From positions 38,231 to 102,230 of the forward strand of contig CBDFGH010000010.1 of the NCBI GenBank assembly GCA_965247145.1: DNA of 64,000 nt. Reading direction: 5' to 3'. Below the pieces are notes generated by a model, which worked only from the letters and a program-made list of their open reading frames with translations, ran no database searches and was not told the DNA's origin. Both the position numbers and the translations under genes were made by a program. Source of the DNA: Rickettsiales bacterium. Lineage in GTDB: Bacteria; Pseudomonadota; Alphaproteobacteria; Rickettsiales; JAIXRX01. Of the stretch, positions 1 through 9,766 are shown piece after piece (position 1 is the stretch's first letter; every line of letters begins with the position of its first letter).

Positions 1-74
1 GCATGCGCCGCTTCCTGAATGCGCTGGGCCGCAAATTCGACCAGAAGGCCAAGATCGAGGAACTCATCGCATGA
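1..74 (+). CDS. 3' end of an unidentified CDS entering from the left edge (...RRFLNALGRKFDQKAKIEELIA*)
   Basis: The frame is open from the window edge. Its TGA (72-74) overlaps the pmbA ATG (71-73) as ATGA. Too short to assign a family. Confidence 0.3.
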   Translation, partial: MRRFLNALGRKFDQKAKIEELIA

Positions 75-1450
75 GCGCCATCCGCGCCGCCAATACCGCC
101 ATTGAGACTGCGCAACGCATGATCGAGGCCGCCCGCGCGGCGGGTGCGGATGCGGCGGATGCGCTGCTGGTGCAGAGCGCCGAGACGCATGCCAGCATCC
201 GCCTGGGCAATCCCGAGGAAATCGAACGCGCAGAGTCCGCAGGCATCGGGCTGCGGGTCTGGGTGGGCAAACAAGTCGCCAGCGTTTCGGGCACCGACAC
301 GCATCCAGACACGCTGAAGCGACTGGCCGAACAGGCGGTCGCCATCGCCCGCGTGGCGCCTGAAGATCCTTACGCCACACTCGCGCCGGAACCATTGCTT
401 GCGGGGAATATAGACGCCTCCGCGCTCGATCTGGTGGATGACAATCCGCCGGATCTGGCTTGGCTGCAGGCGCAATGCCGCCTCGCCGAAGAAGCCGCGC
501 GCGCCGTGCCCGGCATCACCAATTCGCGCGGCGCTTCCGGCAGTGTGGGCAGCGCGGAAGTGGCACTCGCCACCACGCAGGGTTTCGCCTGCAGCTACCG
601 CACCAGCAGCTGCAACCTTTCCGTCTCCGTATTGGCGGGCGAGGGCACGACGATGGAGCGCGATTACGCGACTTCCAATGCCCGCCACCGCAGTCAGCTG
701 CGCGACCCCGCCGCCATCGGGCGCGAAGCCGCCGAACGCACCCTGGGTCGCATGCATGCCCGCCCGGCGCGCAGCGGCCTGGTGCCGGTAATCTACGAAC
801 CCCGCGTGGCGCGCGGCCTGATCTCCGCGCTTTCCAGCGCGCTTTCCGGCACCGCCGTCGCCAACGGCACCAGCTTCCTGCGCGACGCGATGGGCACGCG
901 CATCCTGCGCGAAGGCGTCGATCTGATCGACGACGCGACCTTGGTGCGCGGCCTGGGCTCCCGCCCGTTCGACGGGGAAGGGGTGCCCGCGCGCCGCCTG
1001 GCGCTGATCGAAAACGGCGTGCTGCAAAGCTGGCTACTGGATGCGCGCACTGCGCTGCGCCTCGGACTCACCACCACCGGCCACGCCATTCGCGGCCTGT
1101 CGGGCCCGCCCGCACCTGCCCCCTCGAATCTGTTTCTCAAAGCCGGGCCGGACAGCCCGGAGGCCTTGATCGGCGAGGTCAAGGACGGATTCTACGTGAC
1201 CGAAACTTCCGGCATGGGGGTGAATCTGGTGACGGGGGATTACAGCCAGGGCGCTTCCGGCATGTGGATCGAGAACGGCAAGCTGGCTTATGCGGTGAGC
1301 GGTGTTACCATTGCCGGCAAACTGGCCGATATGTTCGCCAATTTCACGCCCGCCAACGATCTGGCCTTCGAAAGCCGCCTCAATGCACCCACCCTGGGGG
1401 TGGGGCGGTTGACGGTGGCGGGCAGCGCCCACCAAGGAAGCCCCGCATGA
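71..1450 (+). CDS. pmbA: PmbA/TldE-type metalloprotease (TldD/PmbA family)
   Basis: 459-aa ORF with the family-typical layout: N-terminal ...ADALLVQSAETHASIRLG...GIGLRVWVG... and C-terminal ...GFYVTETSGMGVNLVTGDYSQGASGMWIENGKL... Confidence 0.85.
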   Translation: MSAIRAANTAIETAQRMIEAARAAGADAADALLVQSAETHASIRLGNPEEIERAESAGIGLRVWVGKQVASVSGTDTHPDTLKRLAEQAVAIARVAPEDPYATLAPEPLLAGNIDASALDLVDDNPPDLAWLQAQCRLAEEAARAVPGITNSRGASGSVGSAEVALATTQGFACSYRTSSCNLSVSVLAGEGTTMERDYATSNARHRSQLRDPAAIGREAAERTLGRMHARPARSGLVPVIYEPRVARGLISALSSALSGTAVANGTSFLRDAMGTRILREGVDLIDDATLVRGLGSRPFDGEGVPARRLALIENGVLQSWLLDARTALRLGLTTTGHAIRGLSGPPAPAPSNLFLKAGPDSPEALIGEVKDGFYVTETSGMGVNLVTGDYSQGASGMWIENGKLAYAVSGVTIAGKLADMFANFTPANDLAFESRLNAPTLGVGRLTVAGSAHQGSPA

Positions 1451-3282
1451 GCCGCCGACCCAATACTTTGACCACTGCACCGCAGGCCAGCTGGCCGCTG
1501 TTCAAGCGCCTGTGGTCCGATTACATCGCGCCGCAAAAGCGCAAATTGCTGCTTGCCGTCATCGGCATGGTCATCGCCGCCGGGGCGACCGCCGCCAATG
1601 CCTGGATTCTCAAACCCGCGCTGGACGGCATTTTCCTAAAGCACGACGACGACATGCTGCGGCTGATTCCCATCGCCATCGTCGTCATCGCGGTGGTCAA
1701 CGGCGTAGCGACCTACAGCCAGAACATTCTCATGCGCCATGTCGGCCAGCGCATCATCGCCGATATGCAGACCGAGCTTTTCGCCCATTGCCTGCGCGCC
1801 GATCTCGCGCTGTTTCACGACCAGGCCCCCGGTCGCCTCATCAGCCGCTTCACCAACGATATTCAGATGATGCGCGCCGCCGTATCCAACGTATTGACCG
1901 GTGTAGCGAAGGAATTGATGACCACGCTTTTCCTGCTCATCGTCATGATCTACCAGAGCCCGTTGCTTTCGGCGGGGGCGATTCTGCTCTTCCCCATCGC
2001 CATCCATCCCATCTTGCGCATGGGCCGCCGCATGCGCAAATTGTCGGACCAGACGCAGGACGAACTCGGGCTGCTGACCGCGCGCCTGGACGAGACTTTC
2101 CAAGGCGTGCGCCTGGTGAAAGCCTATGCGCAGGAGCACAAGGAAAGCGAACGCGCGCGCGAAGTCATCGAGCGGCTCCACCATCTCTATATCAAATCCG
2201 CCCGCGTCCAGGTGCTCTCCAGCCCCTTGATGGAAATCCTCACCAGCCTCATCATCGCGGGCGTGATCTATTACGGCGGGTTGCAGGTAATGAAGGGCGT
2301 GACCTCGCCCGGTGCCTTCTTCTCCTTCATCGCCGCGATGATCATGGCATATCGTCCGGTCAAAACCATCGGCACCTTGAACACCCAATTGCAGGAAGGC
2401 CTGGCCGCCGCCGCGCGCCTCTACACCGTGCTCGACACCACCCCGAGCGTGGCGGACGCGCCGGATGCGACGGAGCTGAAAGTCACCGAAGGCCATCTGC
2501 GCCTGGAGCGCGCCAGCTTCCGCTACAGCGGCCAGGAAACGCTGAACCGCGGCGCCATCGAAGATTTGAGCATGGATATTCCGGCGGGCGCGATGGTGGC
2601 CCTGGTCGGTCCTTCGGGTGCGGGCAAATCCACCGTGTTCAACCTGCTGCTGCGCTTCTACGATCTGCAATCCGGCCATATCACGGTGGACGGACAGGAG
2701 GTGCGCCTCGTCACCCAGCGTTCCTTACGCGAAAAGATCGCCTATGTGGCGCAGGATACCGTGCTGTTCGACGATTCGGTGGCGGCCAACATCGCCTACA
2801 GCCGGCCTGAGGCCAGCCGCGACGCCATCGAACGCGCCGCGCGCCAGGCCAATGCGCATGAATTCATCGCGGCCTTGCCGGAAGGCTATGATACGGCGGT
2901 CGGCCCCGGTGGGGTGAAGCTTTCGGGCGGCCAGCGTCAGCGCCTCGCCATCGCGCGCGCCATTCTGAAAGACGCCCCGATCCTGCTGCTGGACGAAGCC
3001 ACCAGCGCGCTCGATTCCGAATCCGAAAAACTGGTGCAGGCGGCGCTGGAAGAACTCATGCAGAACCGCACCACGCTGGTCATCGCCCACCGGCTTTCCA
3101 CCGTGCTGCATGCCGATCTCATCTGCGTGCTGGATCAAGGCCGGGTGGTGGAGCAGGGAACGCACACCGAACTGCTGGCGCAGGCCGGGCTTTATGCGCG
3201 GCTGTACGAGCAGCAATTCGCCCGCCTGCCGGATGCGGGCATTCCGCCCAAACCGGTCTTTCCGAAACTGGGCATGCCATGA
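1447..3282 (+). CDS. msbA: Lipid A export ABC transporter, fused permease/ATPase (MsbA-like)
   Basis: The in-frame ATG at 1447 overlaps the pmbA stop (ATGA). Six-TM exporter domain followed by an NBD with Walker A GPSGAGKST, signature LSGGQRQR and Walker B ILLLDEATSALD. Sits directly upstream of waaA and lpxK. Confidence 0.8.
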   Translation: MSRRPNTLTTAPQASWPLFKRLWSDYIAPQKRKLLLAVIGMVIAAGATAANAWILKPALDGIFLKHDDDMLRLIPIAIVVIAVVNGVATYSQNILMRHVGQRIIADMQTELFAHCLRADLALFHDQAPGRLISRFTNDIQMMRAAVSNVLTGVAKELMTTLFLLIVMIYQSPLLSAGAILLFPIAIHPILRMGRRMRKLSDQTQDELGLLTARLDETFQGVRLVKAYAQEHKESERAREVIERLHHLYIKSARVQVLSSPLMEILTSLIIAGVIYYGGLQVMKGVTSPGAFFSFIAAMIMAYRPVKTIGTLNTQLQEGLAAAARLYTVLDTTPSVADAPDATELKVTEGHLRLERASFRYSGQETLNRGAIEDLSMDIPAGAMVALVGPSGAGKSTVFNLLLRFYDLQSGHITVDGQEVRLVTQRSLREKIAYVAQDTVLFDDSVAANIAYSRPEASRDAIERAARQANAHEFIAALPEGYDTAVGPGGVKLSGGQRQRLAIARAILKDAPILLLDEATSALDSESEKLVQAALEELMQNRTTLVIAHRLSTVLHADLICVLDQGRVVEQGTHTELLAQAGLYARLYEQQFARLPDAGIPPKPVFPKLGMP

Positions 3283-4007
3283 GATTGTCCCGCGAGGCTC
3301 GCGCACGGCTGCGCACCATATTGCGCTTCCCCTTCACCAGTCGTTACGGGCAGGTGGTGCTCGGCGTCATCATCGCCAGCTACATCCATCTGCTCTATTT
3401 CACCGCCCGCGTGCGGCGTCAGGTACATCCGGAAGCGATGCCGTATGTACGTGGCGAGCAGCCCGCCATCTTCGCCTTCTGGCATGGCCGCATGCTGCTG
3501 ATGGCACGCTTCTGCCCGCCCAAGCGCCCCATGTGGGTGATGATCTCCTCGCACCGCGACGGGCAGTGGATCGCGCGCGCCATGCGGGCCTTCCGCTTCG
3601 GCACCGTGCGCGGTTCTTCCAGCCGGGGCGGTCACGGCGCGCTGCGCAATGCTTTGGGCCGCTTGAAAGCCGGGCACAATGTTTCGCTGACGCCGGACGG
3701 GCCGCGCGGGCCGTTCGAGGTGGCGCAGCCGGGCGCGATCAAGCTCGCCGCCATGTCCGGCGTGCCGGTGATCGCGGTCAGCTTCGCCAGCAGTTTTTCG
3801 CTGCGCGCCCACAGCTGGGACCGCTTCCTGCTGGCCTTTCCCTTCGGACGCTTAAGCTTCGTGGCCGCCGCTCCGCTGTTTGTGGATGCGGATGCGGATG
3901 AATCGACATTGATGCAAGGCAGTGCAAAATTGACCCAGCGCTTGGCAGAGGCCACCAAACTGGCCGACCGCATGGCCCTGCACCCCAAAGCCGCAGGCTC
4001 GCGCTGA
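3279..4007 (+). CDS. DUF374-type lysophospholipid acyltransferase-family protein
   Basis: ATGA overlap with msbA. Motifs FAFWHGRM...SSHRDG...RGSSSRGG...LTPDGPRGP match my memory of the DUF374 proteins found next to waaA. Confidence 0.7.
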   Translation: MRLSREARARLRTILRFPFTSRYGQVVLGVIIASYIHLLYFTARVRRQVHPEAMPYVRGEQPAIFAFWHGRMLLMARFCPPKRPMWVMISSHRDGQWIARAMRAFRFGTVRGSSSRGGHGALRNALGRLKAGHNVSLTPDGPRGPFEVAQPGAIKLAAMSGVPVIAVSFASSFSLRAHSWDRFLLAFPFGRLSFVAAAPLFVDADADESTLMQGSAKLTQRLAEATKLADRMALHPKAAGSR

Positions 4008-4118
4008 AACGCGGGATTTTGTCCCGTGGCAAGGCAAGTCTTGCCAATCTCGCGTGAATTTGGAACAGTGCCGCCTATTGCCTTCCGCTGCGGCGGCGCC
4101 CTTCACTGTACAGGCACC

Positions 4119-5468
4119 ATGAACGCATTTGCCGCACCGCCTATGCCCACTCGCCGTCACTGGCGGCTGTATCGCCTGCTGTGGCGGCTGGCCACGCCCA
4201 TCGTTCCTTTGTGGCTCGGCATGCGCGCCATGCGCCACAAGGAAGACACCATGCGCCTGGGCGAGCGCCATGGCCGCTCCGGTCTTGCGCGGCCCGATGG
4301 CCCGCTTTTCTGGGCGCATGCGGCAAGCGTGGGCGAGGCAAACGCCGTGCTGCCGCTGCTCACGCAATTGCTGGAGGCCCACCCCGAATGGCACGGCCTC
4401 ATCACCACCGGCACGCGCACTTCCGCCGCTTTGCTCGCCACCCGCCTGCCGCCGCGCGCGATCCATCAATTCGTGCCGCTCGACCATCCGGCCTATGTGG
4501 CGCGCTTCCTCGCGCATTGGCGGCCGCAGGCGGTGTTCTGGAGCGAATCCGAGCTCTGGCCCAACCTGCTGCTCGACACGCGCGCCACGGGTGCACGCAT
4601 GTGGCTGGTCAATGGCCGTATGTCGAAGCGGTCTTTCAATGGCTGGCAGCGCGCCCGCACCCAGATTCAGGCATTGCTCGGCGTATTCGAAGCGATCTAT
4701 GCAGGCAGCGCGCGCGACGCGCAGCATTTCGCCGCCTTGAGCAAAACCACGCCCGTGCGCTTCGTCGGCAATTTGAAATACGACACGCCGGAACTGCCGG
4801 TGGATGCTGAAGAACTGGCCCATATGCAGGAAAATATCGGCGACCGCCCGGTGTTGCTCGCCGCCTCCACCCATCCCGGCGAAGAGGTGATGCTGGCCGA
4901 GGTGCATACGCGCCTTTCCGCGCATTGGCCGAACCTGCTCACCATTCTCGTGCCGCGTCATGCCGTGCGCGGGGAAGGCGTCAGCGAATTGCTGGCGCGC
5001 CAGGGCATGCAGGTGGCGCGCCGCGCGGCCTATGAATCGATCACGCCGCACATCCAGATGTATGTGGCGGATACGATGGGCGAGCTGGGCCTGTTCTACC
5101 GTCTCGCCAGCGTGGTTTTCGTGGGCGGCAGCCTGGTGCCGCATGGCGGCCAGAATCCGCTCGAGCCGCTGAAACTCGGCGTGCCGACCGTTTCCGGTCT
5201 CTATATGCAGAATTTCGCGGATATGGTGGCGATGCTGGAAGCCAGCGGCGGTTTCAAACGCGTGCTGAGCGCGGAAGCTCTGAGCGCGGAAATCGACCAT
5301 CTGCTCGGCGACCCGATGCTGCGGCAGGAGCGCCTGCATTTGTGCCAGGGCGTGCTTGAGGCCCAGGGCGGGGCGCTGGCGTTCCTCGGCTTCGATCTCG
5401 GCGTGGCCTTGGACGAAATCGCACAGCCGCCCGTGGAAGAAACGCCCGCCATCGAAGCGGCGGCATAG
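4119..5468 (+). CDS. waaA: 3-deoxy-D-manno-octulosonic acid (Kdo) transferase
   Basis: Recognisable WaaA/KdtA sequence (RLGERHG...LFWAHAASVGEANAVLPL...VFVGGSLVPHGGQNPLEP). I chose the ATG at 4119 over the GTG at 4026 given by the ORF track. Confidence 0.85.
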   Translation: MNAFAAPPMPTRRHWRLYRLLWRLATPIVPLWLGMRAMRHKEDTMRLGERHGRSGLARPDGPLFWAHAASVGEANAVLPLLTQLLEAHPEWHGLITTGTRTSAALLATRLPPRAIHQFVPLDHPAYVARFLAHWRPQAVFWSESELWPNLLLDTRATGARMWLVNGRMSKRSFNGWQRARTQIQALLGVFEAIYAGSARDAQHFAALSKTTPVRFVGNLKYDTPELPVDAEELAHMQENIGDRPVLLAASTHPGEEVMLAEVHTRLSAHWPNLLTILVPRHAVRGEGVSELLARQGMQVARRAAYESITPHIQMYVADTMGELGLFYRLASVVFVGGSLVPHGGQNPLEPLKLGVPTVSGLYMQNFADMVAMLEASGGFKRVLSAEALSAEIDHLLGDPMLRQERLHLCQGVLEAQGGALAFLGFDLGVALDEIAQPPVEETPAIEAAA

Positions 5469-5472
5469 GGCC

Positions 5473-6456
5473 ATGCTGCGCACACCCGCTTTCTGGCGCA
5501 GGCGCGGGCCGCTGGCCTGGCTGCTGAGTCCATGCGGCGCATTCTATCTGATCGGTGGGAAAATCCGGCAGGCGCGGGGCAGACCGCAGGCCGCGCCGAT
5601 TCCCGTCATCTGCATCGGCAATGCCGTGGTGGGCGGTTCGGGTAAAACGCCGGTGGTGCGGGCCTTGGCCGAAATGTTGCAGGCGGCGGGCCATCGGCCG
5701 CATATCCTTTCGCGCGGCTATGGCGGCAAGGCGGTTGGTGCCATGCCCCGCCGCGTCCAGACGACCGACCATTCCGCCGATGTCGGGGACGAGCCGTTGA
5801 TGCTGGCCGCCACCGCACCCGTATGGGTAAGCCCCAACCGTCTCGCCAGCGCGAAAGCGGCGGCGGACGCGGACGCGGACGCGGATGCGGCGATCATGGA
5901 TGATGGCTGGCAATCCACCGCCCTGCGCAAAGACATCAATCTGCTGGTGCTGGATGGGGCTTACGGCATCGGCAACGGTTTCGGCCTGCCCGCCGGACCA
6001 TTGCGCGAATGCTGGCCAGCGGCCTTGGCGCGGGCAGATGCGGTGGTGCTGTATGGGCAGGATGCGCATGGGTTGTTGCAAGGCAGCGACCTACCCGTCT
6101 TTCGCGCCGCCCTCGCTGCGGATAGGGAGGGCGATTGGCACGGTCGCCGCCTGCTCGCATTCGCGGGTATCGGGCGCCCGGAGAAATTTTTCGCGACGCT
6201 CGAAAATCTGGGTGCGCAGATGGTGGAACAGCGCGCCTTCCCCGACCATCATCCTTACGATGCGGAGGAAATTCGCGCGTTGACCGAGCGCGCCCAAGCG
6301 TTGGATGCGACCCTGGCGACCACGGAAAAAGACTGGGCGCGCATGGGGCGGCCGGAAGCGGTGGCCTATCTGCCGGTGCGCTGCAGGTGGGAAGACGAGG
6401 CGGGCCTGCGCCGATGGCTGCTGGCCCGCCTCGCGGCGGCCAAAACTAGTCTTTGA
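5473..6456 (+). CDS. lpxK: Tetraacyldisaccharide 4'-kinase
   Basis: N-terminal MLRTPAFWRRRG and P-loop IGNAVVGGSGKTP, then SRGYGG. The ATG at 5473 lies 4 nt after the waaA stop. Confidence 0.85.
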   Translation: MLRTPAFWRRRGPLAWLLSPCGAFYLIGGKIRQARGRPQAAPIPVICIGNAVVGGSGKTPVVRALAEMLQAAGHRPHILSRGYGGKAVGAMPRRVQTTDHSADVGDEPLMLAATAPVWVSPNRLASAKAAADADADADAAIMDDGWQSTALRKDINLLVLDGAYGIGNGFGLPAGPLRECWPAALARADAVVLYGQDAHGLLQGSDLPVFRAALAADREGDWHGRRLLAFAGIGRPEKFFATLENLGAQMVEQRAFPDHHPYDAEEIRALTERAQALDATLATTEKDWARMGRPEAVAYLPVRCRWEDEAGLRRWLLARLAAAKTSL

Positions 6457-6676
6457 CGCCGGTTACGGCGAAGCCCTGGCTTTTGTAGTTATTCACGCAA
6501 TCCTCGTCGTTGCCCTTCTGGATATGGTAGCCGATGGCGCCCCCGGCCCAGGATGCGCCGGAACTGCCGCCGCAGGTGGTGACCTGTCCGGTTTTCGGGT
6601 TTTGCAATGTGGTGGTCGGCGTCGTGCAGGCGGCGAGGCCGAGCAAGAGAAGCGTGGCGGTGGCGATGCGAGTCAT
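6446..6676 (-). CDS. Small lipoprotein (76 aa), function unknown
   Basis: MTRIATATLLLLGLAAC has a lipobox (LAAC). The mature part is Gly/Cys-containing. Its 3' end overlaps the lpxK 3' end by 11 nt (convergent). Confidence 0.55.
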   Translation of the reverse strand: MTRIATATLLLLGLAACTTPTTTLQNPKTGQVTTCGGSSGASWAGGAIGYHIQKGNDEDCVNNYKSQGFAVTGVKD

Positions 6677-6701
6677 GGATGTCTCCCCGTTGAGTGAATG
6701 A

Positions 6702-7295
6702 TCAGGTGGTCGGCACGCGCAGCTTTCCCTCGGCCAGATCCCGTAAGGCCTGCGGGTAGAGGCGGTGTTCTTCGGCCAGAATGCGCGCGGCCAGCGTGGC
6801 TTCGGTATCGTCTTCATACACCGGCACTTCGGCCTGCGCCACGATCGGGCCTTCGTCGCATCCGGCGGTAACGAAATGCACGGTGCAGCCCGCGAATTTC
6901 ACGCCCGCTTCCAGCGCGCGGCGGTGCGTGTGCAGGCCGGGGAAGGCGGGCAGCAGGGAGGGGTGGATGTTCAGCATGCGGCCGTGCCACTTTTCCACAA
7001 ACCCCGGCGAAAGCAGGCGCATGAATCCCGCAAGGCACACCAACTCGATGTTCGTGCCGGTCAGTGCTGCGTGCAGCGCCCCGTCGTAAGCCTCGCGCGT
7101 CGTATAATCCGTGTGGGGCAGAACGAGCGTTTTCACGCCCGCCCGACCCGCGCGTTCCAACCCGTGGGCATGCGGTTTGTTGGAAATCACCAGCACGATT
7201 CTTGCGGGATAGTCCGGCTGCTCGGCGGCATCCAGCAGGGCCTGCAGATTGCTGCCCGAGCCGGAGATGAGCACCGCCGTGCGGATTTTTTCCAC
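6702..7295 (-). CDS. purN: Phosphoribosylglycinamide formyltransferase
   Basis: VLISGSGSNLQALL...NIHPSLLPAFPG...GCTVHFV motifs. Probable GTG start at 7295, 2 nt after the purM stop. The longer ORF in the track (to 7973) overlaps purM. Confidence 0.85.
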   Translation of the reverse strand: MEKIRTAVLISGSGSNLQALLDAAEQPDYPARIVLVISNKPHAHGLERAGRAGVKTLVLPHTDYTTREAYDGALHAALTGTNIELVCLAGFMRLLSPGFVEKWHGRMLNIHPSLLPAFPGLHTHRRALEAGVKFAGCTVHFVTAGCDEGPIVAQAEVPVYEDDTEATLAARILAEEHRLYPQALRDLAEGKLRVPTT

Positions 7296-7297
7296 GG

Positions 7298-8365
7298 TTA
7301 GAACTGCGTGTCCGGTAAGGCCACGGCGGGGCCTTCTTCGGCCCGCGCTTCCAGCGCGCCGATGACATAGACCGTCTCGCCATGCGCTTCCAGCACAGTG
7401 CGCACTTCTTCCGCCTGCGCTTTGGCCACCACCAGCACCATGCCGATGCCCGCATTGAAGGTGCGCCAGAAATCTTCCATCGGCACTTGCCCCGCTTTCT
7501 GCAACCAGCGGAAACATTCCGGCATCACCCAGGCGCTGGGTTCGATATGCGCCTGCAGATGATCCGGCAGCACGCGGGGAATATTCTCGATCAGCCCGCC
7601 GCCCGTGATATGCGCCAAAGCGCGCACGCCGCCGGTGGCGATGGCGGCCAGGCAGCTCTTCACGTATATGCGCGTGGGCTCCAGCCACACCTGTCCGAAA
7701 TTCTTGCCCTCGGCGAAAGGCGCGGGGTCGGCGTAGGTCACGCCCGCATGCTCCATGATACGGCGCACCAGGGAAAAACCATTCGCATGCACGCCGCTGG
7801 AAGCGAGGCCGAGCACGAGATCGCCCGCCTGCATCGCGTCGTGGTTCGGCAGCAGCCCGTCCCGCTCCACCGCGCCCACGCTGAATCCGGCCAGATCGTA
7901 ATCCTCGCCATGATACAGCCCCGGCATTTCGGCGGTCTCGCCGCCAGTCAAAGCGCAGCCCGCCAGGCGACAACCTTCGGCGATGCCCGCCACCACCGTG
8001 GTCGCGTTATCGACCGACAATTTCCCCGTCGCGTAATAATCCAAAAAGAACAGCGGGCGCGCGCCTTGCACCACGAGATCGTTCACGCACATGGCGACGA
8101 GGTCGATGCCGATGGTGGTGTGGTCACCCGTATCGAGCGCGGCTTTGAGTTTGGTGCCCACGCCGTCCGTCGCTGCCACCAGCAGCGGGTCCGTCATGCC
8201 CAGCGCTTTGATGTCGAACAGCGCGCCGAAACCGCCCAGGCCCCCCATCACGCCGGGGATGGCGGTGGATTTGGCATGCGGCTTGATGCGTTCGACCAAT
8301 GCATTGCCCGCATCGATATCGACACCGGCGGCGGCATAGGTCAGGGAATGGGGTGCTGCAGACAT
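7298..8365 (-). CDS. purM: Phosphoribosylformylglycinamidine cyclo-ligase (AIR synthetase)
   Basis: Full-length PurM: [15 protein letters not shown]...[13 protein letters not shown]...[10 protein letters not shown]...[10 protein letters not shown]... Confidence 0.95.
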   Translation of the reverse strand: MSAAPHSLTYAAAGVDIDAGNALVERIKPHAKSTAIPGVMGGLGGFGALFDIKALGMTDPLLVAATDGVGTKLKAALDTGDHTTIGIDLVAMCVNDLVVQGARPLFFLDYYATGKLSVDNATTVVAGIAEGCRLAGCALTGGETAEMPGLYHGEDYDLAGFSVGAVERDGLLPNHDAMQAGDLVLGLASSGVHANGFSLVRRIMEHAGVTYADPAPFAEGKNFGQVWLEPTRIYVKSCLAAIATGGVRALAHITGGGLIENIPRVLPDHLQAHIEPSAWVMPECFRWLQKAGQVPMEDFWRTFNAGIGMVLVVAKAQAEEVRTVLEAHGETVYVIGALEARAEEGPAVALPDTQF

Positions 8366-8486
8366 AATAAGATTGGCCGAAAAGTAAGTGTGAGTGCGCC
8401 ATCCATGAGAAGGCTGGCGCGGCGGTTACGGCTTGTTTATTATGCCGCCGTGCCGCCCGCAAGCCCCAACCCCGTCAGGAACCGTG

Positions 8487-9689
8487 ATGCGCATCATTCT
8501 TTCTCTGCCTGCATGGCTGTGGCTCGTGCCCTGTACCGCGCTCGCGCTCTCGGGCAACGCGCAGGAAGCCGACGCGCCGACCCCGCCGGGGCTGGAGATC
8601 GATGCGGGCAGCGCCAAGGATTTGCCGCCGGATCTGGTCGTGCATGCGGGCCGGCTGCCGAGCGAAGTGGTGGTGGCGGTGACGCTGAACGCCGAAAATC
8701 TCAAACTCGCCGAGACGACCGCGAAGGATCTGGCGGTGCGCGAGGGTCTGCGGTTCGTGCTGAAGACCCAAAGCCCCGAAAAATCCGCCGCCTTGATGCA
8801 GATGGTCGAGCCCGAGCACCGCAAAAGTCTGGTGCGCACGATGAGCGCGACCGACGAAGTGCGCACCGTCGCCACCTACCGCGCTACTTTGCACATACTC
8901 TACGACACGGCGGGGCTCGAAGCGCTCATCGGCCATCCACTGAAAGACACCACGCATGATTCGCCGAAAGCCGTGCTTGCGCCCGCCGCCGGGCAGGCGG
9001 CGCTGGTGATTCCGGTCTGGGCGAAGGCCGAGCCTGCCTTGATCTGGGAGGCGGAGAATCCCTGGCGCAAAGCTTTGGCGCGCGCCGCGCTGGAGGAAAG
9101 CAAAGGCCGCCTGATCCTGCCGCCGGGCGATGCGGCGGACCAACGCGCCGTCACCGCCGTCACCGCACCCACATTGACCTTCGCCCAAGCCGCGCCGATG
9201 GCCGAGCGTTATGGAGCAAGCGAAGTGCTGATCGCGCGCGCCACGCCCATGCCGGGCAACAATCTGCGTCTTCAACTGCAGCGCCTCACCCCCAACGCCG
9301 CCGAGCCGCAGGAGATGCTGATCGCCCCCGAAGAAGGCGCGGATGCCGATACGGTCATGCGCAAAGCCGCCTCCGAAGTGGCGGCGCTGGCCCGCAAACG
9401 ATTTCAAAACGCCGCCGCCAGCAGCGCGCAGGCCGCGACCCAGACGCACCAGGTGCGGGTGCTGGCACCCATTACCCGCGCGGCGGATTGGGCGGGCATG
9501 CGCGCGCGCCTCAGCGGGTTGTCGATGGTCGAGTCGGTGACGCCGATCAGCCTGGGAACGGACGCGGTGGAGCTCGATATCACCTTCCGCGGTCCACCGG
9601 AACGCTTCGGCGCGGCCCTGAAAGGCGCAGGCATTCACGCTACGCCGCAGGCAGATAAGTTGTTGCTCGGGTTTTATCCTATTCCCTAA
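8487..9689 (+). CDS. Secreted protein, DUF2066-like (assigned mainly by position)
   Basis: Signal peptide MRIILSLPAWLWLVPCTALALSG. It lies between purM and perM/hdaA, where I recall DUF2066 genes in other proteobacteria. No catalytic motif seen. Confidence 0.5.
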   Translation: MRIILSLPAWLWLVPCTALALSGNAQEADAPTPPGLEIDAGSAKDLPPDLVVHAGRLPSEVVVAVTLNAENLKLAETTAKDLAVREGLRFVLKTQSPEKSAALMQMVEPEHRKSLVRTMSATDEVRTVATYRATLHILYDTAGLEALIGHPLKDTTHDSPKAVLAPAAGQAALVIPVWAKAEPALIWEAENPWRKALARAALEESKGRLILPPGDAADQRAVTAVTAPTLTFAQAAPMAERYGASEVLIARATPMPGNNLRLQLQRLTPNAAEPQEMLIAPEEGADADTVMRKAASEVAALARKRFQNAAASSAQAATQTHQVRVLAPITRAADWAGMRARLSGLSMVESVTPISLGTDAVELDITFRGPPERFGAALKGAGIHATPQADKLLLGFYPIP

Positions 9690-9766
9690 TGACTTCGGCC
9701 CAGGTAGTTTCGCGCTCGTCATGGCCAATCCCGGTCCGCCGAATTTTCAACCCCACACGAGGCCCC

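Noticed and set aside
460-1446. N-terminal 329 codons of the 940-aa ORF 460-3282.
   Set aside because: This part overlaps pmbA in another frame and is Arg/Pro-rich nonsense. MsbA homology begins at the ATG at 1447, which is coupled to the pmbA stop.
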